From: a virus
Length of the DNA: 64,000 nucleotides
Virus record (IMG/VR): IMGVR_UViG_3300022602_000036
Location: 32,001 to 96,000 of that record
Reading direction: 5' to 3' (one strand)
Shown piece after piece: positions 15,546 to 25,572 of the stretch (within the stretch, counting starts at the first letter, position 1; each line of letters starts with the position of its first letter). The translations under genes were made by a program, and so were the position numbers. The notes under the pieces were generated by a model. The model had not been told where the DNA came from. It saw nothing but the letters and a program-made list of their open reading frames with translations, and did not search any database.

Positions 15546-15998
15546 ATGTTATTAATAGAAGAGTATATTAAACAATCTAAAGAAGCAAGGCAACAACACT
15601 TAGTTTTAACGGAGTCTTGCATAGAAAGAGGTGGCCCACAAAAAGGTGGATTATCTAGTTATTGTAAAGGGCTAATGGCCCATGTATTAGATACGAGTAT
15701 CCCAAGTGGACATAAAATACATATATGCCATGCCTGTAACAATGAAAAGTGTAGTAACCCAAAACATTTATATTGGGGCACTGCACAAGAAAATAGAATA
15801 GATCAGGGCAAAGATAATAGTCCTTGGGATAGAATGGTTGCCAAATATGGGTATGAAGAAGCCTGTAAAATGAATGGTAAAAATAAAAAAGGTAATACCA
15901 ATGGGTCAGGTAATAAAGGTAAACCTAAATCAGAAGAACATAAAAGAAAAATTGCCCTTAATCGTAAGGGTGGTAGAAAGAAAAAAGAAACAGTTTAA
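15546..15998 (+). CDS. HNH (His-Cys) homing endonuclease-like protein with NUMOD3 tail
   Basis: HICHACNNEKCSNPKHLYWGT..EN; GKPKSEEHKRKI. Confidence 0.8.
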   Translation: MLLIEEYIKQSKEARQQHLVLTESCIERGGPQKGGLSSYCKGLMAHVLDTSIPSGHKIHICHACNNEKCSNPKHLYWGTAQENRIDQGKDNSPWDRMVAKYGYEEACKMNGKNKKGNTNGSGNKGKPKSEEHKRKIALNRKGGRKKKETV

Positions 15999-16003
15999 AT
16001 ATT

Positions 16004-16088
16004 GCCCCGATGGTGGAATTGGCAGACACGCTTGTCTTAGAAGCAAGTACCGAAAGGTGTGAGAGTTCAAGTCTCTCTTGGGGCACCA
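16004..16088 (+). tRNA. tRNA-Leu(TAG)
   Basis: CT-TAG-AA loop, variable arm, CCA. Confidence 0.9.
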
Positions 16089-16095
16089 TTAAATT

Positions 16096-16170
16096 GCTGG
16101 ATTAGCTCAGTGGTAGAGCAACCGCCTTGTAAGCGGTAGGTCGTCAGTTCAATCCCGACATCCAGCACCA
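16096..16170 (+). tRNA. tRNA-Thr(TGT)
   Basis: ACCGC-CT-TGT-AA-GCGGT, CCA. Confidence 0.9.
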
Positions 16171-16176
16171 AGAATT

Positions 16177-16270
16177 GGAGAGCTGGCCGAGTGGTCGAAG
16201 GCACTTCCCTGCTAAGGAAGCATACGGGCTTAAACCTGTATCGAGGGTTCGAATCCCTCGCTCTCCGCCA
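16177..16270 (+). tRNA. tRNA-Ser(GCT)
   Basis: CT-GCT-AA loop, long variable arm, GCCA. Confidence 0.9.
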
Positions 16271-16284
16271 ATATAAATATTAAT

Positions 16285-16497
16285 ATGAATCCAACGACAT
16301 CATTTCTAGTAGTACTACTAATCACAGGCTGTGCTGTCCAGCCTACTCCCGCAAAAAATAATAAGCAAGTTGAAACAACACCAAATAAACCAGCGTACAC
16401 ATTGTACGTACCACCAGAAGAAATATGGCCAGAAGATTATCAATCACCCCCAAAAGTCTGTGCTAGCCCATTTAGAGGAAGTATATTAGAAAGATGA
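16285..16497 (+). CDS. Small putative lipoprotein
   Basis: Lipobox LITGC; TATAAATA 5 nt upstream. Confidence 0.6.
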   Translation: MNPTTSFLVVLLITGCAVQPTPAKNNKQVETTPNKPAYTLYVPPEEIWPEDYQSPPKVCASPFRGSILER

Positions 16498-18518
16498 AAA
16501 ACAAACTTAAGAAAATCTTAGTCAGTCCATGGACTGCTCTCATTACTCTAGCTCTTATTGTAGCTGTAGTGTTTCAAGGACCTACATTTGTAGAAAGTGT
16601 TAGGCTCCGATACTTTGACACACTTATTACCAATCAGAAGCCTACTCAAAATAATATCTATACTGTAAACATAGATGAAGCTACCATAGACCGTTATGGT
16701 CAATGGCCATTTAAGCGTGACATCTATGCTAATCTAATTGATCAAATATACGCCCACAATGCTGGCCTAGTTGTTTGGGACGTATTAATGCCAGAAAAGG
16801 ATCGCCAAGGTGGCGATGCAACACTAGCCACAGTGTTAAGAACACAGGCTAATGTTATTCTTACTAACATGCCCGCACAGACCAGCAAGAATATTCCACG
16901 CAAACCAGGTAGTGCTGTAATTGGTGCAGACTATTTAGATACTATCATTAACTATCCAGGCATTATTGCCAACATTCCAGAATTAGAAAATAATGCCATT
17001 GGTGTTGGTATTGCTAACACTATGCCAGAGATTGATGGTGTTAATCGTCGCTTGCCATTGTTTGTGGGCTATAATGGTGGCTTATATCCCAGCGTTCCTT
17101 TAGAAGTACTGCGTGTTATTAGTAATGATGACACATTCCAAGTTAAGCTAAATGAGAATGGCGTTGAGAAAATGCGTGTGCCTAGCTTCCGTCCTATTAG
17201 TACAGACAGCCTAGGTCGTATCTGGGTAGACTGGAGTCAACAGAGTATTCCTGTATCAGCAGTTAACCTACCTAAAGACTTTAAGAAAGGTATTGTTATT
17301 GTAGGTACCAGTGCCGCAGGTATTGGTAATCCAGTAGCAACATCAAAAGGCAGTGTTTGGCCACAAGACATGCAGGCCGCTGTAGTTGCTACGCTGGCTA
17401 ACAATGTAAATATTGAACGTCCTGATTGGGCTCCTGGTGCTGAACTATTAGCACTTGTAGTTATCTCACTTATTATCCTAATATTATCACGTTGGGTATA
17501 TGTTGGCCTAGGTGTAGGTGTTGTATTAACTGCTAGTTTAATTCCAGCAAGCATGTATGTGTTTGCGCACTACAAGTTCTTAATAGATGCTATTGTGCCT
17601 ACAGCAGGTGTAGTTCTTGTTATGCTACACGCTTATGGTGTTAAGTTTGTTAGTGAATTCTTACAGAAACAACAGATCAAGAAACAGTTTGGCAGCTATG
17701 TTAATCCTACTATAGTAGAACGCTTGCAAAAGAATCCAGAGCTGATCAAACTAGGTGGTGAGCGTAAAGAACTATCAATTGTCATGACAGACCTGCGTGG
17801 GTTTACTACCCTAGGCGAATCGTTTGGTGATGATGTAGAAGGACTTACACAGATCATGAACGACTACATGACAGCACTGAGTATTCCTGTGCTTAAGAAT
17901 GACGGTACACTGATCAAGTTCATTGGTGATGCCAGCCTGCACGTTCATGGTGCTCCATTGGATGATGCTAACCATGCCAAGACTGCGGTACGTACAGCAC
18001 TAGAAATGATTGATGCCATTGCTGATTTCAACAAGGAACTAACAGCCAAAGGTCGTCCACCAGTGGGCATGGGTGCTGGTGTTAACACAGGTGAAACTTT
18101 AATTGGTAACATTGGTGCTAAAAGTAAGTTTGGCTATGATGTCTTAGGTGATAGTGTCAGCACTGCGGCACGTTTAGAAGGACAAACTAAGGCCTATGGT
18201 GTATTACTAATCATTGGACCTAAGACTGCTGAGTATTGTAAAGATGACTTCCCTGTGGTATGGTTAGACAACATTGCTGTTAAAGGCAAAACCATCGGCT
18301 TAGATATCTATGCTGTGGGTCATACAGTCGCATACAAACACGAAGAATATAAGAAAGAATATCTACGTGGCAATTGGGTTGCCGCACTTAAATGGGCACG
18401 TGAACTAGAAGCTGATCCAACTGTAGAAATTAAAGAATACTATCACAAGATGATTGAGCGTCTTGAAGAGGGAGTTCCAGCTAACTGGGACGGCACTTAT
18501 CACGCTACGAGCAAATAA
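16494..18518 (+). CDS. CHASE2-domain class III adenylate/guanylate cyclase
   Basis: CHASE2 (VNIDE..YGQWPF.R, DGVNRR), TM helices, cyclase core TDLRGFT, KFIGDA, GDSVSTAARLEG. Confidence 0.92.
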   Translation: MKNKLKKILVSPWTALITLALIVAVVFQGPTFVESVRLRYFDTLITNQKPTQNNIYTVNIDEATIDRYGQWPFKRDIYANLIDQIYAHNAGLVVWDVLMPEKDRQGGDATLATVLRTQANVILTNMPAQTSKNIPRKPGSAVIGADYLDTIINYPGIIANIPELENNAIGVGIANTMPEIDGVNRRLPLFVGYNGGLYPSVPLEVLRVISNDDTFQVKLNENGVEKMRVPSFRPISTDSLGRIWVDWSQQSIPVSAVNLPKDFKKGIVIVGTSAAGIGNPVATSKGSVWPQDMQAAVVATLANNVNIERPDWAPGAELLALVVISLIILILSRWVYVGLGVGVVLTASLIPASMYVFAHYKFLIDAIVPTAGVVLVMLHAYGVKFVSEFLQKQQIKKQFGSYVNPTIVERLQKNPELIKLGGERKELSIVMTDLRGFTTLGESFGDDVEGLTQIMNDYMTALSIPVLKNDGTLIKFIGDASLHVHGAPLDDANHAKTAVRTALEMIDAIADFNKELTAKGRPPVGMGAGVNTGETLIGNIGAKSKFGYDVLGDSVSTAARLEGQTKAYGVLLIIGPKTAEYCKDDFPVVWLDNIAVKGKTIGLDIYAVGHTVAYKHEEYKKEYLRGNWVAALKWARELEADPTVEIKEYYHKMIERLEEGVPANWDGTYHATSK

Positions 18519-19675
18519 TGGAAGAAATTAAATCAATTGGGATCGCTCTAGATCCCAATAATATACCAGCCTTTCTATTAGATTGGGAACTAACCAAAAA
18601 GTGCAATTTGGATTGCAGCTATTGCGAAATAGGTGAAGAAGGAGGGCACGATAACTCGTTACCTCATCCTCCGCTAGATGAATGTTTACAAACTATTGAC
18701 TTTATGTATGAGTACGTTAGCCTATACATGGCCAATAAAAAGCCCACTCAACGTAAGGTAGTATTAAACGTCTATGGCGGCGAAAGTTTGTATCATCCAG
18801 ACATCATTGATATTCTCACTGCCTGCAGAGAAAAATATAAAAAGTATTCCAGCCAATGGGAATTAACTATTACCACCACTACCAATGCTATTGTTAAACA
18901 AAGTATCTGGAGCAAAGTAATAGATCTAATAGATGAATTTACAGTCAGCTATCATGCAGAAAATCTTCCTAAACAAGAAAAGATATTCTTTGAAAATCTA
19001 TTAGAATTAAAGAACAATAACAAGCGTGTAAAATGTGTGGTAATGATGCACACCGTACCTGAGTTATGGATTAAATCATCTGAAGCTGTGGAATTTTGTA
19101 AGCAACACGATATTAGATGTATACCCAAACCATTTGATAATCCAGAACTAGCATACACCGCTGATCAATATTCAAAGTTTAAAACATTTTGGATTTCTAA
19201 TACCAATTCAAAAAATAATCAACCAGCTATAGAACAATTAAATGATATAGCAACAGATACCAGCGATGTTGTAAGCATCTGTGAAGGTCGTGCATGTTGT
19301 GGTGGTAGGAAAATGTCCTTAAACAAAGACTTGAAATCAGCTGTGGTATTTGTGCCTAAACAGGGATTCTTTGGCTGGAACTGTAGTGTAAATTGGTTCT
19401 TCTTATTTGTTCAACAGACCACTGGCAAGGTCTATTTTAATAAAGATTGTAAGATGTCATTCACTGGCAAAGTAGAACCAATTGGCAACTTGAGCAATAG
19501 CTCAGCACTAATCAATAATCTTAAAGAGCAATTTGAAACTAAATCTATGCCTGTGGTCAAGTGTGCAAAATCTATATGCTTCTGCGGGTATTGCGCACCA
19601 AAGGCAGACAACATGGAAGACTTCAAAGAGTTAATTAAACGAAATGTCATAACGGATGTTATTAACTATGAATAA
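18518..19675 (+). CDS. Radical SAM protein with C-terminal Cys cluster
   Basis: CNLDCSYC (CxxxCxxC), GGES, C-terminal C-x4-CFCGYC. Confidence 0.85.
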   Translation: MEEIKSIGIALDPNNIPAFLLDWELTKKCNLDCSYCEIGEEGGHDNSLPHPPLDECLQTIDFMYEYVSLYMANKKPTQRKVVLNVYGGESLYHPDIIDILTACREKYKKYSSQWELTITTTTNAIVKQSIWSKVIDLIDEFTVSYHAENLPKQEKIFFENLLELKNNNKRVKCVVMMHTVPELWIKSSEAVEFCKQHDIRCIPKPFDNPELAYTADQYSKFKTFWISNTNSKNNQPAIEQLNDIATDTSDVVSICEGRACCGGRKMSLNKDLKSAVVFVPKQGFFGWNCSVNWFFLFVQQTTGKVYFNKDCKMSFTGKVEPIGNLSNSSALINNLKEQFETKSMPVVKCAKSICFCGYCAPKADNMEDFKELIKRNVITDVINYE

Positions 19676-20426
19676 AATTATATTTTTTCTTTTGGTATCG
19701 TTTGCAGTTACCGTACAAGCTGGTGTAACTGCTAAGAGCTATTTGGTCACTGATACTCAAGGACAAGTTGTTATTGAGAAAGATGCAGATCAACCACGCC
19801 CTATTGCTAGTATTACTAAACTAATGACCATTATGGTTGTGCTAGATTCTCGCCAGCCGTTAGATGACGTGATTATCTTAGACTATAAGTTAACCCGCCA
19901 ATATCATACACACTTACCTCATAGTGTTAAAACACTTACTCGCCAAGACCTAATTGATCTAGCCATGGTTAAAAGTGATAACTTTGCGGCCTATACTTTA
20001 TGCGCGAACTATCCAGGCGGAGTTGATAGTTGTATAGAGGCTATGAATCTCAAGGCCATCAATCTTGGCATGGCCAACACACACTACACTGATCCCACTG
20101 GCCTAGAGGAAACCAACGTCAGTACAGCTCGCGATTTAATTAAACTTATTATCAGTGCTAAAAGTTATCCCAACATAGTCAGTGCTACTCGACCTAGCGT
20201 TGAGATTAAAGTAAAGAAACATTGGTATCAGGCATTTAATACCAGCCCTATTGTTAGACTACATGACGATGATATTATTGTAAGTAAAACTGGGTATATT
20301 CACCAAAGTGGCGGATGTTTGGTAATGCTGATGAATACGCAGTTAGGTCAGCGTATAATTGCCCTACTTGGAAGTCGCAATGCACATACACGCTTTCCAG
20401 AGGCAGAAGAGCTAATTAAAAGTTAA
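19668..20426 (+). CDS. D-Ala-D-Ala carboxy/endopeptidase (peptidase S11, PbpG-like)
   Basis: ASITK (SxxK), SDN, KTG motifs; signal peptide. Confidence 0.9.
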   Translation: MNKIIFFLLVSFAVTVQAGVTAKSYLVTDTQGQVVIEKDADQPRPIASITKLMTIMVVLDSRQPLDDVIILDYKLTRQYHTHLPHSVKTLTRQDLIDLAMVKSDNFAAYTLCANYPGGVDSCIEAMNLKAINLGMANTHYTDPTGLEETNVSTARDLIKLIISAKSYPNIVSATRPSVEIKVKKHWYQAFNTSPIVRLHDDDIIVSKTGYIHQSGGCLVMLMNTQLGQRIIALLGSRNAHTRFPEAEELIKS

Positions 20427-20752
20427 CCTTCGCCGCTTGATGCGGCTTGGTCGTCTTCTGTTTTAGCTTTATGTACTTTCATATTAATTTCTTTTTCAGC
20501 TTCAACACGTTCGTGTTCAATTGTTTTGCCACGTAGGTGTAAGACTGTGTTTACTTTTTGATTTAAGCGTATTAGGTCATTGTCTAGCATACGTATACGA
20601 TCAATAAGCGCAATCAGCACAGTGTTAGCATCGCTAATCACAGGCTTAACTTCTTTTGTGCTCCATTCCCATACGTATTTGATAATATAGCCCATGCCCA
20701 CTGCCATGACAATGGGGAAGCCATACTTATTGATTAACATTACAATATCCAT
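20423..20752 (-). CDS. Small membrane protein with coiled coil
   Basis: GFPIVMAVGMGY TM segment; related to 22220-22501. Confidence 0.75.
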   Translation of the reverse strand: MDIVMLINKYGFPIVMAVGMGYIIKYVWEWSTKEVKPVISDANTVLIALIDRIRMLDNDLIRLNQKVNTVLHLRGKTIEHERVEAEKEINMKVHKAKTEDDQAASSGEG

Positions 20753-20753
20753 A

Positions 20754-20882
20754 CTACTCCTCTAACGCCTTTTGAATTTGTGCGTTATGTTCCGCTACTC
20801 TATCTTTGATAGAGTCTATCTCAGGAGTCAGCCACCAAAACACCAGTGCTAACCAAAAAATCCAAATTAATGCAACTCTCAT
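20754..20882 (-). CDS. Small membrane protein (42 aa)
   Basis: MRVALIWIFWLALVFWWL... fills the gap between co-oriented genes. Confidence 0.5.
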   Translation of the reverse strand: MRVALIWIFWLALVFWWLTPEIDSIKDRVAEHNAQIQKALEE

Positions 20883-20883
20883 A

Positions 20884-21462
20884 TTAGAACCAAAGGAAAA
20901 GACCTTGGCTCATTAGCAGTATGCCAACTGCGCATACGCCAAAGCTGGTCCAAAATAGTGCCATGCTAACTGCTAAAATACTTGCTGAAAGTAAAACAAT
21001 CGCTAGTTGATATGCTGTGCCAGCGTAGCCAATCCACGGCGATTTTTTCTTAGCATGATCACGTTCTTCTTCTAACTTTTTAGCCTTTTCAAACAGTGCA
21101 GGTTTGCCTTCGTCACCTAGTTCATAATTAGCGGCTTTTTCACTAAACTTTTTAGCCTTGACTGGATCAGAGGTAGTCTGTGCAGCTAGTTCGTATTCTG
21201 TTTGTTTGATTGATTTTGCTTGATAAAAATTCCAAATATCGTTTGCTTTGATAGTGTTGTTCATAATAGTTGAACTTAACCCACCGCCATACCAAACGTT
21301 AAATGCTAGTAAGGCAGCAAAAATATTAATTACTAAGCCAGCGTGTCCTTTGATCTTTGCTTCGCGTTCACTGCGACTAGGGCCGCCTGTGGCCGGAGCT
21401 TTATCATCACCTGGTTTAGGTTCACGTGTTACCATTTTCATTACTGTATCCATTAATGCCAT
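20884..21462 (-). CDS. DUF4337-like membrane protein
   Basis: ANDIWNFYQAKSIKQ and QLAIVLLSASIL motifs, TM helices. Confidence 0.75.
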   Translation of the reverse strand: MALMDTVMKMVTREPKPGDDKAPATGGPSRSEREAKIKGHAGLVINIFAALLAFNVWYGGGLSSTIMNNTIKANDIWNFYQAKSIKQTEYELAAQTTSDPVKAKKFSEKAANYELGDEGKPALFEKAKKLEEERDHAKKKSPWIGYAGTAYQLAIVLLSASILAVSMALFWTSFGVCAVGILLMSQGLFLWF

Positions 21463-21617
21463 TATCTATCTCCTAAAATATCAGCCCAATTAAAAATCCT
21501 AATAACATACCTATAACTAAGAATCTAAACAAATCAGCATCGTGCCAGATTGCTTGTTTCTTTAACCATATTTGGGTATGCTTTGGTTGTTGCTCTAGCC
21601 ATACTTGATGTGGTAAT

Positions 21618-22181
21618 TTAAACATTAATCTCTCCCTTATGAGTTCTCATATGAGAAGCCATTGCATTTGTTGGTATTTCTTTGCCACAATGCTCGCAAG
21701 CCTTTTTAGGATATTTTTTTCCTAGTTGTCCCACGGACATATTTTTTTTACCTTCTTCAGACTTTGGCTTCATAAATGCTTTTTTTGTTTCTTCGCTATA
21801 TCTAACACGAGAACGAGATTTAGCATTTTCTTTTACTCTTTTATCAGTAGATGCTGTAAGTCCTTTGTTCCAAGGGGTTCTACCTTTTCCTGCTACAGAT
21901 ATTTTTTGTTTAATATCATCAGTCAATGAAGGCCCTTCTCCACCATCTGTTTTGTTTTTTAAAATACCAGTGCCCAAATCTTTTCTACCGTATTTTGCAA
22001 TTAGTTCTACTTCTAAATTAAATGCTTCTTGTTCAGTCAACTTATCAGCAACAATTCGTATGCGAGATTTGTCGTTGGGTTTATATGGCCTTTTACAATA
22101 CGCTCTAAACCCACTACCTTTACCTACATAATAAGGAGTGCCATTTTCTCTGAGATATTCATATACATAATATTTGTTCAT
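21618..22181 (-). CDS. GIY-YIG-like homing endonuclease with NUMOD3-like repeats
   Basis: YYVYEY...PYYVGKG, E..LIAKYGR, LKNKTDGGEG, PWNKG, terminal Zn finger. Confidence 0.8.
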   Translation of the reverse strand: MNKYYVYEYLRENGTPYYVGKGSGFRAYCKRPYKPNDKSRIRIVADKLTEQEAFNLEVELIAKYGRKDLGTGILKNKTDGGEGPSLTDDIKQKISVAGKGRTPWNKGLTASTDKRVKENAKSRSRVRYSEETKKAFMKPKSEEGKKNMSVGQLGKKYPKKACEHCGKEIPTNAMASHMRTHKGEINV

Positions 22182-22219
22182 ATATGTATTTATATCTTTG
22201 CGTCATTTTTACGATATAG

Positions 22220-22501
22220 CTAATCGCGACGGGCGTCCGTCTTACCATCTGCACGTGCAATACGATCAGTGTCTGGTCTAAGTCCAAGTGCATTACTTAC
22301 AATAGTATCAATACGGATAACGTCATGGTTCATTGTTTTTACACGATTATCTAAGGCTGTGATAATACCTGCCATGCCCTTGATTGAGCCTAGCACACCC
22401 TGTAGTAATAGTTTAATTGTGAGATAAACGAAATAGCCGCCTGCTAGCGCCACTGCGATAGGAAAACCTAAATCACCTATGAGTTTGAATACATCACCCA
22501 T
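22220..22501 (-). CDS. Small membrane protein
   Basis: LGFPIAVALAGGY TM segment; related to 20423-20752; AGGAG RBS. Confidence 0.75.
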   Translation of the reverse strand: MGDVFKLIGDLGFPIAVALAGGYFVYLTIKLLLQGVLGSIKGMAGIITALDNRVKTMNHDVIRIDTIVSNALGLRPDTDRIARADGKTDARRD

Positions 22502-22558
22502 GTCCTGCTCCTTGAAATACTATTTTTATTATACTAGTATTTATATTTAGGTGAGATT

Positions 22559-23833
22559 TTAATGGGTCAGCACATGATAGATATCATGGTAGTTAATGTG
22601 ACTGTCATCATAGCCTAGATCTTTAAACAAGGTCTTTGCATTAGTGATTAATTCTTGTGTGATTATGTGGCGGAATTCGCCATAAAAGTGATGGAAATTG
22701 TGCAAAACAATAGGTTCTATACGCTTTATGACATCTAATTTTTCATCTTCAGATAAACCGCAATACCATGCCAATTGATCAACTACTGCGGCAGTGCGCT
22801 GATCGTTGTCTTGAATAAGATCGTAGCTTTCATCAATGATTCCATCAAAGGTTTTAAATCCATAACTGCGTAAGTAGGCAAGATTACCTGGTGCAGCCAC
22901 GAGCATAAAAGGTTGCTTGCTGACGATAGGTTTGAATATCTTTTCAGTTAGATGTAGCTTATTGTAGTAAAACACTGTTTCAGTTACAATGTTCCACAGT
23001 GCATCATTTCCTCTAGGAATGTCAGCACTGGCACTACCTGGCAATTCTGCATGGTCTATGACTAATTTATCAACATTAACCAAATGAGTTTCTGCGTGCT
23101 GTTTTGCAAACTCGCTTAGTTTACTATTTGGATCAGCAACTTCATCACGCCAATCATCAAATGCGTTGTCAGTAACATTAAAACTGACTAGCCCTTTGTT
23201 TAATAGACCTTGAGCTTTTAGCAAACTAATCAAGTAAATCCTATAGCTACGATCATAGTTGATAATTCTATTAAACGAGGTAAAATCATAGTCATATGAT
23301 CTGACTATTGATTTATTAAAGTTCAAAGCATAGAATCCACGATACCAATCTAAGGCCGCAAAGCCATGGAAAAAGTAGTAAAGCGGATTCAATTCATAAT
23401 TTTTTAATAGAGTCTGCAGATATTCTGATATTTCAGAAACTACTATTATATGTGGTTCTTTAAAAAAGGTATTAGGATAAGCCAACGTAGTAGCATGAAC
23501 ATCTGGATGATTGGCTGTTTTATCAGTATTAGGATCATTGAAATACAGATTATACAATTCATCTAATGAATATTCTTTAAATTTAGGGTATCTAAGATCT
23601 TCAAAGATTGTAATTCTAGTCAAGGGTTCTGGAGTTTTAAACCAACCAAGTAAATCCTCAACTTCATTTAGGAATGGCTCTTGATCATAGAATAATATTT
23701 TAGAATTGGAACTATTTCTATTAAATACATTTACATTATCTTTAGTCACAACCCCATTGGGACGAAAATATCCCTCTGATTTTGGGAAGACATTTTTTAA
23801 AAAAAATTCGTAGATATGATCAATTTGGAGCAT
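22559..23833 (-). CDS. Putative glycosyltransferase-like protein
   Basis: C-terminal IVTET...LTEKIFKP...PF..GFKTF..IIDESYD, reminiscent of the GT10-like motif; paralogue of 31074-32126. Confidence 0.55.
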   Translation of the reverse strand: MLQIDHIYEFFLKNVFPKSEGYFRPNGVVTKDNVNVFNRNSSNSKILFYDQEPFLNEVEDLLGWFKTPEPLTRITIFEDLRYPKFKEYSLDELYNLYFNDPNTDKTANHPDVHATTLAYPNTFFKEPHIIVVSEISEYLQTLLKNYELNPLYYFFHGFAALDWYRGFYALNFNKSIVRSYDYDFTSFNRIINYDRSYRIYLISLLKAQGLLNKGLVSFNVTDNAFDDWRDEVADPNSKLSEFAKQHAETHLVNVDKLVIDHAELPGSASADIPRGNDALWNIVTETVFYYNKLHLTEKIFKPIVSKQPFMLVAAPGNLAYLRSYGFKTFDGIIDESYDLIQDNDQRTAAVVDQLAWYCGLSEDEKLDVIKRIEPIVLHNFHHFYGEFRHIITQELITNAKTLFKDLGYDDSHINYHDIYHVLTH

Positions 23834-23834
23834 T

Positions 23835-25079
23835 ATGTCAATTCAATTAAAAACAGTAGGATTCATTGGAATCGGTAAATTAGGCCTAGCCTGTGCAGAA
23901 GTAATGGCACAAGAATATGATGTAACTGGCTATGATATTTACCCTAAACACAGTAAGAAGATTAAGATTTCTGATACACTAGAAGGTGCAGTACGAGGCA
24001 AAGACGTAATCTTTGTAGCAGTACAAACACCACATGATCCTGTATATGATGGATCTATTCCTAGTACACATTTGGCTAATAAAGATTTTGATTACACCAT
24101 TGCTAATCAAGTCTTAGCTGACATCAATCAATACGTGACCAAAGATCAACTAGTGGTATTAATCTCAACGGTACTACCTGGCACAACAAGACGTGAATTA
24201 CGTCGTCATATTACCAACGCACGTTTTATCTATAATCCTTACCTAATAGCCATGGGCAGTGTTGCCTGGGATATGGTTAATCCAGAAATGGTTATCATTG
24301 GCACAGAAGATGGTAGCCTAACAGGTGATGCACAATTACTCAAAGACTTCTACCAACCCCTCATGGCTAACAATCCACGCTACGCTATCGGCACATGGGA
24401 CGAAGCAGAAGCTATCAAAGTCTTTTACAATACATTTATATCAACCAAGATTGGCCTAGTTAATATGATACAAGATGTGGCCATGAAGAATGGCAACATG
24501 AATGTAGATGTAGTAACATCTGCCCTAGCAGAATCAACTATACGTATTATGAGTCCTAAGTACATGACCGCAGGCATGGGCGATGCTGGCCCTTGTCATC
24601 CTCGCGATAATATTGCTCTACGATATCTAGCAGAAAGACTAGATCTAGGCTATGATATATTTGACACAGTCATGCACGCTCGTGAAAAGCAAGCAGAGAA
24701 CCTAGCATTATACCTAATAGATTTACAAAACACACACGATATGCCAATTATTATTCATGGCAAGGCCTACAAGCCAGATGTAGATATGTTAGAAGGCAGT
24801 TACAGCTTATTAATTGGTAGTTATCTAGAGGAACATGGCGCACAATACTTGTACAGTGATCCTCTAACAGGCGATACGGTGTATGACGACACCGAAGGTA
24901 TTGTTCTACTAGCACACAATCGTCAGATTACCTACGGCTATACAGGTAACTTGCCAGAACAACAACTATATTTTACACCAGGCCACGGTAGCATTATTGT
25001 AGATCCATGGCGTAGGTACTCTACACGTAACCCATCGTATACTGTTATTCACTACGGAAACACACGTGGACAGATTTAA
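23835..25079 (+). CDS. UDP-glucose/GDP-mannose dehydrogenase family protein
   Basis: GIGKLG Rossmann motif, FVAVQTP, STVLPGT, AEAIK, GPCHPRD, AYKPD. Confidence 0.9.
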   Translation: MSIQLKTVGFIGIGKLGLACAEVMAQEYDVTGYDIYPKHSKKIKISDTLEGAVRGKDVIFVAVQTPHDPVYDGSIPSTHLANKDFDYTIANQVLADINQYVTKDQLVVLISTVLPGTTRRELRRHITNARFIYNPYLIAMGSVAWDMVNPEMVIIGTEDGSLTGDAQLLKDFYQPLMANNPRYAIGTWDEAEAIKVFYNTFISTKIGLVNMIQDVAMKNGNMNVDVVTSALAESTIRIMSPKYMTAGMGDAGPCHPRDNIALRYLAERLDLGYDIFDTVMHAREKQAENLALYLIDLQNTHDMPIIIHGKAYKPDVDMLEGSYSLLIGSYLEEHGAQYLYSDPLTGDTVYDDTEGIVLLAHNRQITYGYTGNLPEQQLYFTPGHGSIIVDPWRRYSTRNPSYTVIHYGNTRGQI

Positions 25080-25572
25080 CATAGAGCCGTTTTGGGGCGA
25101 TGCATATCTGCATTTAGATTATAGCAAAGAACCATTTAACAATCCCAGCGACACTGCACGTTGGACAGACATGGGCTTTGCTGATAACTTTGTGGGCAGC
25201 ATGTGTGATATGCGCAAGACACAGCCTGTATGGAATAATCGTATTATTGCTTACTTTGAAGAACAGCTAAAGTGGAAAGATGTCTGTACTAGTTATTATC
25301 GCATGGATTCGGGTACAATCTTACCTAATCATATAGACACTTATAAACGCTATATTGACGTATTTGAATTAGAAACTACACATCAAAGCATTTATCGTGC
25401 TATTGTGTTTTTAGAAGACTGGGCCAGTGGCCACTATTTAGAAGTAGCAGGTGAACCTGTGGTTAAATGGTCAGCGGGTGATGTGGTAGTATGGTGGTAC
25501 GATACTCCGCACCTAGCGGCTAACATGGGCTACACACCAAGATACACACTACAAGTTACAGGACACGTATGA
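25066..25572 (+). CDS. 2OG-Fe(II)/cupin-fold oxygenase
   Basis: H-x-D (NHID) ... H (PHLAAN) ... R-x-T-L-Q. Confidence 0.7.
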   Translation: MDRFNIEPFWGDAYLHLDYSKEPFNNPSDTARWTDMGFADNFVGSMCDMRKTQPVWNNRIIAYFEEQLKWKDVCTSYYRMDSGTILPNHIDTYKRYIDVFELETTHQSIYRAIVFLEDWASGHYLEVAGEPVVKWSAGDVVVWWYDTPHLAANMGYTPRYTLQVTGHV

